A stretch of 64,000 nt of DNA, taken from assembly GCA_965218095.1 (NCBI GenBank), contig OZ244587.1, forward strand, positions 2,976,001-3,040,000, read 5' to 3'. Position 1 is the stretch's first letter. Each line of letters begins with the position of its first letter. Position numbers and translations under genes: made by a program. Below are positions 40,528 through 51,570 of the stretch, piece by piece. The stretch comes from Candidatus Poribacteria bacterium. GTDB lineage: Bacteria > Poribacteria > WGA-4E > PCPOR2b. The notes under the pieces were generated by a model. That model did no database searches. It was not told the origin of the DNA and saw nothing but the letters and a program-made list of their open reading frames with translations.

Positions 40528-41445
40528 GTGGAGGACGTATTGATGTTTGAAAAACTTGGCATCGTAACGAATGTTTGGAGGAAACGCATGGCGGGTGATG
40601 ATCGATTTGAAGATCTCGCCTGTCGGTTTGGCGCCCATGGGTTCAAGGACATGGAGGTGCGTGAGGGCGATTACCTCCGCAACTCCGCATTTGGCGGATT
40701 GATACAAGAGATTGAAGCGGCGATGGGACATTATACTGACGATCAGTGGCAGGCGATTTGTGATACAATATGGCAGGGTGAAGGGTGGAAAGATCCGGTT
40801 ACGGCGGAAGATAAATCCATTTTTAATCGCGTCAGTGTGTTTGTGGAAAAGACAAAAGATCTGACCTTGAGCTACGCCATGTCATATCCGTGGCTCTCTC
40901 TGCCTGAAGATGTCGAAGCGGACAATCAGAAGATGATCCAAGCAAAGAAGCTGGCGTATCTGCTGTGTCCGCATAGCGCACGATTGCGACTAGTAGATCT
41001 CGAATCTACAGGCAAAATCGATCCGGAAGTTGCGGTTGCGAATGTGAAACGGTATCGATCGCTGCTGCCGAACTACCTGATGGTTTTTGCGGTTGAAAAT
41101 GCGCGTCAACCCGCTGCCCTCACGCTCGACCTTGCGGTGCAGGGCAGCGCACTGCTAACCTACGACGAGGCGAACACCTACCGTGAGGATGGCACAACGC
41201 TCAACCCACCGGAGGCGTTTTGGAACGCCGCGAAAATGGAAGACTTCACTTCTGTACACTTCAAGCAGAAAACAACAGATGGGGTATTATCGCAGGTGGG
41301 CGACGGATTCGTCGACTTTGCGGCAATCGCCCGTCGCTTAAAGGCGGGGGGCTATAAGGGCGATCTGTTGCTCGAAAATAGGGCAACAGATCAGCCATTG
41401 GAAGATGCCATCCGGAGTCGGACGTATCTTTCAAGTCTTTTATAG
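40528..41445 (+). CDS. Xylose-isomerase-like TIM-barrel (sugar phosphate isomerase/epimerase)
   Basis: FAVEN, LTYDEAN, SVHFKQ, VGDGFVDF, GYKGDLLLE. Confidence 0.75.
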   Translation: MEDVLMFEKLGIVTNVWRKRMAGDDRFEDLACRFGAHGFKDMEVREGDYLRNSAFGGLIQEIEAAMGHYTDDQWQAICDTIWQGEGWKDPVTAEDKSIFNRVSVFVEKTKDLTLSYAMSYPWLSLPEDVEADNQKMIQAKKLAYLLCPHSARLRLVDLESTGKIDPEVAVANVKRYRSLLPNYLMVFAVENARQPAALTLDLAVQGSALLTYDEANTYREDGTTLNPPEAFWNAAKMEDFTSVHFKQKTTDGVLSQVGDGFVDFAAIARRLKAGGYKGDLLLENRATDQPLEDAIRSRTYLSSLL

Positions 41446-41464
41446 ACAACGGGTATCGCCTTTC

Positions 41465-42355
41465 TTAGGCGGCAGAACATGCAAGTCGAAAGTATGCAAT
41501 TTCTGGCAGCGTCATAAATCGAATTGGAAGACCAGTAACGCCAAGCCCACGACAGACATACAGTCTTGATTGACCGACGGAGAAAAATCCAGCAAGATAT
41601 TTATTGCCAATCTTTGGTGGAACAAATGGCAAAGAGATTTGCCCGCCGTGCGTATGTCCCGATAAGACCAGATCAAATCGATGGTGAGTAATTGATTCAA
41701 TCGGCTGCGGGTTATGCATCAAGAGGAGACGTGGGGCGGTAGACGGTGGAACAGATGCTAACGCACGGTCTAAGTCAAAATCTCCTGCCAAGAAGTCATC
41801 GCAGCCAATGAGCCACAGGCGGTCGTTACCGCGTTGCAACGAAACAGATTCATTCATTAGAACGCCAACTCCGGCCTCCGTCAAGGCATTGAACACCTCA
41901 GAACCATTGCCCTTCCAGCGATTTTGCAGCGGGAACACCGCGGTGTCCGGATCATTGTTCCAATGATCATGATTGCCAAGGACGGCGTAGGTCGGAATGC
42001 CTGCGTCAATGATAATCTTACGAATCGCCTGTGCGACCGGCTTTGCATATTTCTCCTGGTATGTAATATAATCCCCGGTCAGCACAATCAGATCCGGTTG
42101 TAAACGCACGGCTTGCCGAAAACAGGCTTGGAGATAATCCAGGGTTACAATCGAACTGTGATGCAGATCTGTAAGTTGAACAATTGAAAATCCTTGAAAA
42201 GACGATGGAAGATGAGTAACCGTGATCTCGTGTTGCGTAATTTCAACCCATTGCGGTTCAATTAAGGCGCCATAATTTGTTAATGTAATACTGCTAATAC
42301 CAACGTTATAAAGCGATCTATGTAAGAATTTGCGTCTTTCTGTTTTTTGTGGCAT
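41465..42355 (-). CDS. Metallophosphoesterase (YkuE/YaeI-like)
   Basis: TDLH, TGD, LGNHD, LMHNP, SGHTHGGQ, CRGLG; RRKFL Tat-like leader. Confidence 0.92.
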   Translation of the reverse strand: MPQKTERRKFLHRSLYNVGISSITLTNYGALIEPQWVEITQHEITVTHLPSSFQGFSIVQLTDLHHSSIVTLDYLQACFRQAVRLQPDLIVLTGDYITYQEKYAKPVAQAIRKIIIDAGIPTYAVLGNHDHWNNDPDTAVFPLQNRWKGNGSEVFNALTEAGVGVLMNESVSLQRGNDRLWLIGCDDFLAGDFDLDRALASVPPSTAPRLLLMHNPQPIESITHHRFDLVLSGHTHGGQISLPFVPPKIGNKYLAGFFSVGQSRLYVCRGLGVTGLPIRFMTLPEIAYFRLACSAA

Positions 42356-42599
42356 TGATTGGTATAATTCCTTAGATTCCGGTATGAAGAATGATTTCCG
42401 ATAGAATAACATAAACCCGCAACTTTTGCAAGTGGGCTAACCTGAAAAATTCAGGGTCATTCAGTTTTCCGACAGGAGATCAGGGCGCGCCGTCTGAGTT
42501 GCGAAACGAGCGGATGGCCTGATTGGTTTCGATTGGTTGCTTTGCTGGACAGATCAAGTTGGGTTGGGATGCTTTCAGGTAGATCAGGAGGGCAGAAAA

Positions 42600-43664
42600 A
42601 TGAAGCCTTATGGCGTCGGTATTCTTGGTAACTGTTGCACACATGGGGCGGGCATCTGCGGCATGTTCAAGCGCCGTTCCGATACACGGGTTATTGCCGC
42701 TTATGAGAAGACCCCGCGTCGCGCCGAAGAATTACAGGGTGTATTCGGCGCCCCCTTAGCAAGGTCTTATGAAGAAGTCATCAATCACCCGGACGTGGAT
42801 TTCGTCTCGATTACCTGCGACCCGTGTGATAAGGCGGATATGGTTGAAACCGCCGCCGCCGCGGGGAAGCATATCTTCCTTAATAAGCCGCTATGCGAAA
42901 GTTTGGACGGCACCCGGCGGATCGCCGAAGCGGTCAAGAAGTATCATGTCCACTTTGTCCACGACATCCCGATGGTGCGTTTTATTCCCATCTATGCGAG
43001 GCTATTGGAGGAGGTACAGTCAGGAATTCATGGGCGAGTGATGGGCTACCATCATCTCTTCGGGATGAACTTCCCAATGGATTTTGACCTGAAGACCGCC
43101 TGGCCCGAACGCCTTGATCCACCGGAAAAGTCCGGCGGCGGCGAGATGACCAACATGGGCTGCTACGCTATCGATTGCGCGGTTTCGCTGTTCGGCCGGC
43201 CAAAAGCCATCACCGCAAAATGGCGGAAACTGTGGGACGTTTACGCCGAAGCCGACGTTGAGCATTTCGGGCAGATTGTCCTCGACTATGGCGACTTTTT
43301 CGCCTTTCTCGAAGTTGGCAAGCAACAACTGATCAAGGAACGTCGTCACAGTAATTCGATGACCATCAACTTTGAGCATCAGACGATGTTCATCGACGCC
43401 AGCGCGCAGGTTGTCACCATCAACCACGTCCCCCAAGATTACGATCAATTCGCCGAAGGTGCAACGGGGGGCGGTTCGGTCGAGCAACTGATTGGGACGA
43501 TTGAAAATGGCACGCCCCCAACGAGCAACATCGAAACCGCCCTCATCGCCGTCGAAACGCTGATGGCGGCTTACCAGTCGATTGTCGAAGAACGGACGGT
43601 GACGTTGCCGTTATCATCTGGCGAAAATCCGTTGATTGCGGCACGGCAAAAGCATCTGTTCTGA
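42600..43664 (+). CDS. Gfo/Idh/MocA oxidoreductase
   Basis: [33 protein letters not shown]. Confidence 0.85.
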   Translation: MKPYGVGILGNCCTHGAGICGMFKRRSDTRVIAAYEKTPRRAEELQGVFGAPLARSYEEVINHPDVDFVSITCDPCDKADMVETAAAAGKHIFLNKPLCESLDGTRRIAEAVKKYHVHFVHDIPMVRFIPIYARLLEEVQSGIHGRVMGYHHLFGMNFPMDFDLKTAWPERLDPPEKSGGGEMTNMGCYAIDCAVSLFGRPKAITAKWRKLWDVYAEADVEHFGQIVLDYGDFFAFLEVGKQQLIKERRHSNSMTINFEHQTMFIDASAQVVTINHVPQDYDQFAEGATGGGSVEQLIGTIENGTPPTSNIETALIAVETLMAAYQSIVEERTVTLPLSSGENPLIAARQKHLF

Positions 43665-43707
43665 ATTTGACATTACAAAATATATCACCCAAAGGAAAGA
43701 AAATCAC

Positions 43708-44363
43708 ATGCCAAAAGGTATTTTAGAACAGTTGGCTGATAGCATCGTGATAGGCGACGGTGGTTACATTGTTGAGTTAGAGAGACGCGGCTACGTAATC
43801 GCGGTCCCATTCACCCCGGAGTTATCACCCATCCTGACACGATTCGAGAAATGCACCGCAGGTTCCTGTCCGCGGGCGCAGAGGTTTTGCAAGTGATGGT
43901 GTTCTACGACGACCGCGACAAGTTGGCGACAGTCGGTTATGCGGACAAGACACCCGAGATTAACCGAACCGCCACCCGCATCGCCCAAGAGTTTGCCGGG
44001 GAGACAGCGCTCGTCGCGGGGATTTGAGCGCGACATGGAACATGGAAGTGGGAAGGGGATAGCCTATCAGCGCGGGCGTTGGTTGCAGGCATGTTTGATG
44101 AGCAGATCGAAGCGTAGCAGGGCGTGGATTTTTTCATCGGAGAGACGTTCTGGCACTTCGGCGAGGGTTTGCTATGTCTCGAACGCATCAAGGCGAAGAC
44201 TAAGCTGCCTGCGATGATTACCTTACTGGAGCAGGAGCCAGCAACGGAATTGAACCGCCAAATCATCGCGCATCTTCGGCTGGAGATCCAACTGTTGCAA
44301 GCAGAGCTGGCAGTCGCCATTCTGTTCATTTCTTCACAGGGTGAAGGAGGGCAAGACCATTGA
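43708..44363 (+). pseudogene. Homocysteine S-methyltransferase family pseudogene
   Basis: [17 protein letters not shown] start, GAEVLQV, GVDFFIGETF; several frameshifts, TAG at 44115-44117, C-terminus lost. Confidence 0.75.
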
Positions 44364-44446
44364 ATGAATAAGATGGAAGATGGCTTACCGCAAATGAATT
44401 TGGGACTTCAACTTTTCAATCTTTTTGTGATGAGGAGAAAATCATC

Positions 44447-46402
44447 ATGTCCACACCAGTGTTTAAGCATCTGTTCACTCCTCTACAACTCCGCCATGTC
44501 ACAGTCAAGAACCGTATCGTCACATCGGCGCACGCTGATGCGTTGGCGGAGGATGGCGTGCCAACGGAGAAAGCGCGACGTTACTACGAGCAGAAAGCGA
44601 AGGGCGGCGTTGGTTTGTTGATGTGCTTCGGATCGGCGGGCGTGCACCCGACCTCGCCGGCGCGGGATTGGAACGGCGTCGAGTTGTTCGACGACCGCGT
44701 GGTTCCATACCTCGCGGAGTTCGCCGATACGATGCACCGCTATGATGTTCCTGTCATCGCGCAGATTACGCACCGCGGGCGACGTGGGCGGAGCGTTGAC
44801 CGACTGCATCGGATGTACGGACCTTCACCCATCCGCGAGCCGAACCACCGCGAAACGCCGCATGAACTCGACGAGGAAACGATAACGGAATTCGTCCAGG
44901 CGTTTGCGGATGCCGCGTGGCGATTGAAGCAGGGATGCTTCGATGGGTGCGAAGTGATGGCGAGCCATTGTCATTTAATCGACCAGTTCTGGACGCTGAA
45001 CGCAAACCAGCGCACAGACGCATACGGCGGCTCGCTGCCGAATCGTTTGCGCTTCGGCGTGCGGGTCATCGAAACCATCCGCGAGCGGTGCGGGGATGAG
45101 TTCATCATCGGCATCCGCATCACGGGGGATGATTTCACACAGGGCGGACTTGACAACCCGACGATGAAAGGGATTACAGCGCAACTCGATACGCTGGGGC
45201 TGCTCGATTACTTTAGCGTCGTCGGCTCGACGGCGGAAACCTTTGTCGGCGAGGCGGAGGCGGTACCGGACATGACCTTCCCACATGCCACGTATGCGCC
45301 GCTAGCGGCTTCGATTAAGGGTGTAGTGAATGTGCCCGTCATCACAGCAGGTCGCGTGACGCATCCGATGCAAGCGGAAAATATCCTGGAAAACGAGCAG
45401 GCGGACCTGGTTATCATGACCCGCGCGTTAATCGCTGACCCGCAATTACCGCAGAAAGCGATGACGGATCAATCAGATGACATCCGATTGTGTCGCGGCT
45501 ACAACGAAGGCTGCATCGACCGCATCTACACCGGGCGCGGCGTGACGTGCGTGCAGAACGCGATGATAGGCCGAGAGGCCGAGTTGGAAGCGCTCACGCC
45601 GGCGGAGCGGCTGCGCAAGGTGGTAGTCGTGGGCGGCGGACCCACCGGGCTTGAAGCGGCACGCATTACCCGATGGCGTGGGCACGAGGTCGTGTTGATG
45701 GAGAGGTCCAGCGAGTTGGGTGGTCAAACGCTGATTGCCGCCAAAGCCCCATCGCGAGGAGAGTTCGCAGGAGCGGCGGAATGGATGGGAGGACAATGCC
45801 AAAAATCCGGCGTGGAGGTTCGACTGAACTGCGAGGCGACTGTCGAGTCGATTCTGAGTGAAAGCCCAGATGTCGTCGTCGTGGCGACGGGCGCCCGTCC
45901 GTTGGCGCCGAACATCCCCGGCGTTGAAAACGCGATGGATGCATGGTCAGTCCTGAATGGCAAACTTCCGGATGGTGAGCGTGTCGCGGTGATTGACGAG
46001 GAGTATGGTTTCCAGGGACCGAGCGTCGCAGAGGCGCTGCTCGATGCCGGAAAGCGTGTGGAGATTATCACCAGCATGGAAGCAATCGCCACGCTGCTCG
46101 GCGCAACGACCCGTCCACCTGTATATCAACAGCTATTCCGCAAAGGGGTCGTCATCCACCCGCACCTGCATGTCCGCGCGATTGAAGACAATGCCCTCAT
46201 CGTCGAAAACGCCTGGTCTGAGACGAAGGGTGAACTGAACGGCTACGATGCTGTTGTGTATGCCTTCGGCGGGCAGGCGGTAGATGGGTTGTCGCAGGAA
46301 CTCAGAGGCAAGGTAGAGTGCTTCGTCGTGGGCGATGCCTTCGCGCCGCGTACGCTCCAGCACGCGATTATGGAGGGGCATACCTTCGCACGGAGGATTT
46401 GA
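44447..46402 (+). CDS. FMN/FAD-dependent oxidoreductase, OYE-like NADH:flavin oxidoreductase family (N-methyl demethylase-like)
   Basis: KNRIVTSAH, GGVGL, DGCEV..HCHLIDQF, RTDAYGGS, CRGYNEGC, VVGGGPTGLEAA, VGDAFAPR. Confidence 0.9.
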   Translation: MSTPVFKHLFTPLQLRHVTVKNRIVTSAHADALAEDGVPTEKARRYYEQKAKGGVGLLMCFGSAGVHPTSPARDWNGVELFDDRVVPYLAEFADTMHRYDVPVIAQITHRGRRGRSVDRLHRMYGPSPIREPNHRETPHELDEETITEFVQAFADAAWRLKQGCFDGCEVMASHCHLIDQFWTLNANQRTDAYGGSLPNRLRFGVRVIETIRERCGDEFIIGIRITGDDFTQGGLDNPTMKGITAQLDTLGLLDYFSVVGSTAETFVGEAEAVPDMTFPHATYAPLAASIKGVVNVPVITAGRVTHPMQAENILENEQADLVIMTRALIADPQLPQKAMTDQSDDIRLCRGYNEGCIDRIYTGRGVTCVQNAMIGREAELEALTPAERLRKVVVVGGGPTGLEAARITRWRGHEVVLMERSSELGGQTLIAAKAPSRGEFAGAAEWMGGQCQKSGVEVRLNCEATVESILSESPDVVVVATGARPLAPNIPGVENAMDAWSVLNGKLPDGERVAVIDEEYGFQGPSVAEALLDAGKRVEIITSMEAIATLLGATTRPPVYQQLFRKGVVIHPHLHVRAIEDNALIVENAWSETKGELNGYDAVVYAFGGQAVDGLSQELRGKVECFVVGDAFAPRTLQHAIMEGHTFARRI

Positions 46403-46405
46403 CAG

Positions 46406-47500
46406 TTTAGGACTTACGCAAGAGTCATTGGAATAGAAGGTGAAAGCAGTTGCTGACGCAGATAATCGTCAAGCAGTGACTCCTTGAGTTGGTAAATCAT
46501 CTTGCCGGTCTGACGGGCGAGACGATTGAGTTTGACCCGGACTCACATCGAACACCCAATATGATTTCTCACCCCCCTCTGTTTGCGACACTGGCAGCGT
46601 TGAAGACCGGTGACCTGTTTGGCTTGTCGGTGAAATTGCTCAATCTTCCAACGAGTCGTCGAATCTTGAGTGAGGTCGTTGGTCACGACATATTCCGTGC
46701 GCTCGGTGGAGCGCACAAACTTCACTCGATGACCTTTGGGGAAATTCTTCAGGTGGATGGATTTCCCATGGGTCTGTTGGGTTTCACTCCAGTTGAGTTG
46801 GTCAATTCTTTGGTGTGGGTGTTTGCCATCCGAATCGTCAACACGACGGTTGCTCTTTAGCGGACAATAGTAGACCTTTTCAAGCCGTTGAATGTAAACA
46901 AGCACTTGACGGGAGGCATACCAACTGTCAACTAAAACGGTTGTAAAGGGAAGGTTTTTGTCAAAACTCGCATTGCGCAACATCTCAAGTTGCTTTGAAT
47001 CCCGATCTTATCGGGGTAGATGGTCAATTTTACTTTTGCTATCGCGGTCGGGGTCATAGATACGATAATCAACAATCCAGAACGCATTCACATCTGGGTT
47101 AACATATATCATCGTGACTCTGCCGATACCCCGGATAACTCGCTTGGCATTACCACTCCCTTGCCGACGAGAAGGTTCGATTTTCGACGAATAGTTCTTA
47201 TCAGCGGCGGTATCGTCAAACAACAGATAACCGTTATCCGAAAAGCGGATGTCGTCTTTGACGTTTTCCCAGACTTCTCTGGGGGTAATTCTCTCGTTTC
47301 TCAGGTAGCGGTTGATTTGGTCATGACTCCACTTTTGGGTGTGGTTAGCAAAGTAAGTCTGTGTGTAATTGATGTGGCTGACCAACAAGAACTGGCAATA
47401 ATCCAATTGAAGGTTAGGCTGGTTTCCAGTGAATGTTATCATAAGGTCATATTATGAGGTCATATTATGCCATAATTGGCTGGGTTGCGTAAGTCCTAAA
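46406..47500 (-). mobile_element. IS701-family element with degenerate transposase
   Basis: Perfect 16-bp IR TTTAGGACTTACGCAA / TTGCGTAAGTCCTAAA; motifs LFDDT, VDSWYA, YVVTND, RWKIEQFHR, RNHI; stop from a 27-bp insert plus deletions. Confidence 0.88.
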
Positions 47501-47774
47501 TCATTTCCGTTCACCTTCATAATGGAGGAGAACATGACCACAAAGATGGCGAAGAACACGCTGAGAAATTCACCTTCGAGGTTCAAGCGGAGGGAAAACT
47601 CTCCGTTGCGGCACACCGCGTGTTTGAGGCTGACAACATGATTGATACGACAATCGGATGCCCCATCTGGTGCCGTTTGAAATCCGGCCTAACCGATTCT
47701 GTGCATTTGACAGACGACCAACTTGAGAAGCAGAGCCGTTATTTCACGCGCCCTTTTTAGTGATTCCTGATGCG

Positions 47775-47790
47775 TGGTACGAAACTTGCT
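47775..47790 (+). promoter_or_regulatory. Putative sigma-54 promoter
   Basis: TGGTAC-GAAAC-TTGCT matches the -24/-12 consensus TGGCAC-N5-TTGCW, about 100 bp upstream of the lipoprotein gene. Confidence 0.6.
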
Positions 47791-47886
47791 CGTAGTCAAC
47801 GTGACGTGTCAGACTCTTGAGTTGCAAGAAACAGGCAAGGGTATGAAAACAAATCACACCATCAATTAGAGAAAGTGGAGGTAAAA

Positions 47887-48720
47887 ATGGTCGCGACGAA
47901 AGTGAAACTCAAGACGGTTATTGTGCTCGGACTGATCGGCTTATCCCTTCTGCCATCTTTGTTTTCGGCTTGCACTAAAACCGGCGGAAATCGACTTGAA
48001 GTCGAGGAACCCGGGGCTGTCATTCAAGGAGATAGCAGAAACATGAGAGGGGATGTTTACGTCTCTGATATCCTCTATAGCGATGGAAATTTCTGGTCTC
48101 AGGGAGTCCCTGCGGATTTGGAAAAGTGGATGAACGGGAGAAGTTATGTGAAAGTTCGGTTTATGCCTCGGCAGACGGCGATGAAATCGGTCTACTTGTC
48201 ACCGCCCTCCGATGTCCTGCCAGGGCAAGTTGATGCTGAGGGGTTATTCAAACAACCAATGCTTTTACTCAGTGGTAAAGATGATGGAACTCACTTCTCT
48301 GTAGCAGAACGCCAAAATCTGCGGAAGTATCTCGTTGAGAGGGGCGGGTTCCTTTTTATTGACGATAGTTCAAACGTGGAAGGTGAATTTTATCGTTCGA
48401 TACGAATAATGCTAGAAGCGGCATTACCCACGCATCCGGTTGAGCCGATATCCAATGACCACGAAATTTATAGCTGTTTTTATCATATGGGCGGTCCGCC
48501 CGTTGGCTCAACATCAATGTATAGGCCGCTAGAAGGCATATTTATCAACGGCAGATTGGCGGTGTTGATTAGTCAGCATGGCTATTGGGATTCATTCACA
48601 GGTAGGGCGGAGCACTACTCGCCCGGTGCTTTGAGATTTGGCATGAACATGATTATATACGCCGTGACGCATGGTCAAATTTCGGACTATTCCGCGTACA
48701 CACCCGCGTATGATCGATAG
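47887..48720 (+). CDS. DUF4159-like lipoprotein
   Basis: Lipobox LFSA-C; FSVAERQNLRKYLVERGGFLFIDD, HEIYSCFY, LEGIFINGRLAV, RFGMNMIIYA. Confidence 0.75.
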   Translation: MVATKVKLKTVIVLGLIGLSLLPSLFSACTKTGGNRLEVEEPGAVIQGDSRNMRGDVYVSDILYSDGNFWSQGVPADLEKWMNGRSYVKVRFMPRQTAMKSVYLSPPSDVLPGQVDAEGLFKQPMLLLSGKDDGTHFSVAERQNLRKYLVERGGFLFIDDSSNVEGEFYRSIRIMLEAALPTHPVEPISNDHEIYSCFYHMGGPPVGSTSMYRPLEGIFINGRLAVLISQHGYWDSFTGRAEHYSPGALRFGMNMIIYAVTHGQISDYSAYTPAYDR

Positions 48721-49377
48721 TGCGAATCACAGACACCGAACCCGCTGTTGCAGGGACAGCGGGAGTGATGAACATGACCGATAAGTGCTACCCGCATTTA
48801 ACTGAGGATGGTACATAAATCAATCTGCGTCATTGCTCGCTTCGGGCGATTCGGAAATTGTCTGAATCGCGGATTGGCACGGATTTATGGATTTCGCGGA
48901 TTTTTTATCGGAAGGTTGAATACGATGGGTATTCCCCCACCCTTGACGGTCGGTTCTTATCCGTCGCAATATTCAATATTCATAGGACTGACGCACTTGA
49001 ACATCCCATCTTCTCCCCTCAGCCAGTGTGTCTCTTGAATCCGATACCGGATACCAGAGAAAGATATAACTGACATTCTATGGCTGAACTGCGTAAGTTC
49101 TAAGTTTCTTGACATCCGACTCGCCCCTCCTTCAGCAGAAGGCGGACTGTTTCTCCCTGGCAAAGGGAGAGTTATACTATTTAGGGTTCCAGATGCAACT
49201 ATTTTGTGGGACAGGCTAGGAAATCTGCCCGCACTGATACCCCACAAATCGAATCGTCGTATTACTACTCAAAACGATATTAGAAGGGCTAGTTGACTGG
49301 CTTATTTCCTAATCATTCCTAACTTTGCGAAGGTTTCGAACCTTCGCAAGGATTTGATGAAACTCACGGAGGAAAAA

Positions 49378-50436
49378 ATGGTATTTCGCGTTGGCGTCAT
49401 TGGGTGTGGTCGCATGGCGAACACCATCGAAGACGAACAGATAGAGAAACGGAAACGACGCCCCTACCGTGGAGGCTTGGCGCTTCCTTACTCTCATGCG
49501 GCAGGCTACGCTGCTGTGGAGGAGACGGAGATTGTCGCCGCCTGCGACATCCACGAGGGGCGCCTAAGGGCATTTGTGGAGCGGTGGAATGTCCGCAGAG
49601 CCTACACCGACTACCGCGAGATGATAGAGAAAGAGCATCTCGATATCGTCAGCGTTACCACGCGCCCGGAACAACATGCGGAGGAAATGGTGTTCGCTGC
49701 GAAGCATGGTGTTAAGGGCGTCTACGCAGAGAAACCGCTCTGCATGTCACTGACGGAAACGGATGCCATCCGAGAGGCGTTTGAGCGCAACGGTGTCCAC
49801 TTGGAGTACGGTCCCATTTATCGCCATTGGGCGGCCTATGAGCAGGCGCGGACGATCGCGGAGAGCGGCGAATTGGGGGAAGTCAAATCGGTGCTAGGCT
49901 TTGAAGGCAAAGCCCTTGAGGGACACTTCATTGACCTGCTCCTGTATCTACTGGGTGACCCAGAGCCGGTGTCCATTCAAGGAACCATTTCACAGCTCTA
50001 TCCAGCCGAGGGGGACACCTTCGGCATGAAGTTCGTCCAGGACGCGCCCATCTTATCAGCCTTGATTAAGTTTGACAACGAAACGACAGCGCATGTGGCG
50101 GGGACTGGCGTGGGTAGAGAGTGTGAACTGGTCTGCACTGATGGGGTCATCCGCGTCGTCAACGACGGCGAGGCTGTGCAGGTGCGCCGCCGGAACACGG
50201 CGTCGGGTGCGCTGGATGTATTGCCGGTCGAGCAGATGGAGCCGCGGAGTAGCACTGTGCATAAGATACGGGACCTGGTCGAGGCAATCCAGACAGGTGT
50301 GCCCGGGCGAAGCAACCTCCGAGCGGCGATAATTAGCCAGGATATCGGATTCGGGCTCTACGAGTCTCATCTGCAAGGTGGAGCGCCGGTCAGTCCACCC
50401 ATTCCGAACCGGGACTGTTGGGTCTCTAGCTGGTAG
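49378..50436 (+). CDS. Gfo/Idh/MocA oxidoreductase
   Basis: VGVIGCG, LDIVSVTT, YAEKPL. Confidence 0.9.
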   Translation: MVFRVGVIGCGRMANTIEDEQIEKRKRRPYRGGLALPYSHAAGYAAVEETEIVAACDIHEGRLRAFVERWNVRRAYTDYREMIEKEHLDIVSVTTRPEQHAEEMVFAAKHGVKGVYAEKPLCMSLTETDAIREAFERNGVHLEYGPIYRHWAAYEQARTIAESGELGEVKSVLGFEGKALEGHFIDLLLYLLGDPEPVSIQGTISQLYPAEGDTFGMKFVQDAPILSALIKFDNETTAHVAGTGVGRECELVCTDGVIRVVNDGEAVQVRRRNTASGALDVLPVEQMEPRSSTVHKIRDLVEAIQTGVPGRSNLRAAIISQDIGFGLYESHLQGGAPVSPPIPNRDCWVSSW

Positions 50437-50526
50437 GCGTCAGTGATTCATTTCGCATTTTGCGTTCCATCACACATCACGCTTTATTTAATACGTATAC
50501 TTGGACATAAAACGGAGTTTTTCAGG

Positions 50527-51402
50527 ATGGAAATGAAAATTGTTCTCAATTCTAAATTCTTTGCAGACCTATCCGTCGAACAACTCGGCGAGAAAGCCAT
50601 CGAACTCGGCTACGATGGGATTGACATCTGCATCCGTCCGGGGCACCCCATCCATGTTGATAACGCGATCCAGGCGCTCCCTAAAGCCGTAAAAGTTTGG
50701 CAGGCGCAAAACCTCGTCTGCCCACTGGCGACAGCGGCAGTGGACATGACAGATCCGGATACGCCTGAGGCGGACAGGTTATATGCCGCGTGCGCGGAGG
50801 CGGGCATCCCTCGTCTCAAAATTGGGTTCTGGAAATTTAACGAAGGCGACGATTACTGGCAAGTCCTGGATGCTGCGCATGCCAAGCTCAAGGGGTTCGT
50901 GAAGTTCAGCGAGAAACATGGGGTGCAAACCTGCTATCAGATCCACAGTGGGCCATGTATCGGATCAAACTGCGCTGGCCTGATGCATCTAATCAAAAGT
51001 TTCGATCCCCGGTACGTTGGCGCCTATACCGACTTCGGGCACCTCGCGTTAGATGGCGAGGATTGGGCGATGGGGCTGGCGATGATTCGCGACTATCTTT
51101 CTGTTGTGGGAATCAAAGACGCCTTCTATGTTCCTCAACCTGTCGGCCATATCCCACCTTACATCCCTTGCTTTGTAAAGCTCGGAGAAGGGTGCGTCAA
51201 CTGGCATCGCTGTTTGGGTCTCCTGTGCGAACTTGGTTTTGACGGCCCTTTAACGGTTCATACAGAGTACTGCTTTGATGAGTCGATTATCCGTCAGGTT
51301 GGGTATGCGGACACCTCCCCGCCCAATTTAGAACAGTGGGCAAAGGACGATGTCGCTTATTTGCGACGCATCTTATCTGAGTTGGAGCGGGATAAAACGT
51401 GA
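50527..51402 (+). CDS. Sugar phosphate isomerase/epimerase (xylose-isomerase-like TIM barrel)
   Basis: LGYDGIDICIRPG, QIHSG, DFGH, GIKD, LGEGCVNW, FDGPLTVHTEY. Confidence 0.85.
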   Translation: MEMKIVLNSKFFADLSVEQLGEKAIELGYDGIDICIRPGHPIHVDNAIQALPKAVKVWQAQNLVCPLATAAVDMTDPDTPEADRLYAACAEAGIPRLKIGFWKFNEGDDYWQVLDAAHAKLKGFVKFSEKHGVQTCYQIHSGPCIGSNCAGLMHLIKSFDPRYVGAYTDFGHLALDGEDWAMGLAMIRDYLSVVGIKDAFYVPQPVGHIPPYIPCFVKLGEGCVNWHRCLGLLCELGFDGPLTVHTEYCFDESIIRQVGYADTSPPNLEQWAKDDVAYLRRILSELERDKT

Positions 51403-51570
51403 TTCGTGAGAAATTACAACCGGCGTCTCCTTCTAAGAGCGTGTTTGAAAAATGGTTCTTTTGGAATTTTCAAACAGCCTCTGACGCTAAAATTCCGTCT
51501 CCTCACGTTGGTGTTGAAACCTGCTGTCGTCCTGTGAGATCTGTCCTAGTGTATCTTCTACTTCGCCTGA

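Noticed and set aside
48800-49300. Short ORFs between the lipoprotein and oxidoreductase genes
   Set aside because: Probably a decayed gene plus small palindromes; nothing assignable.
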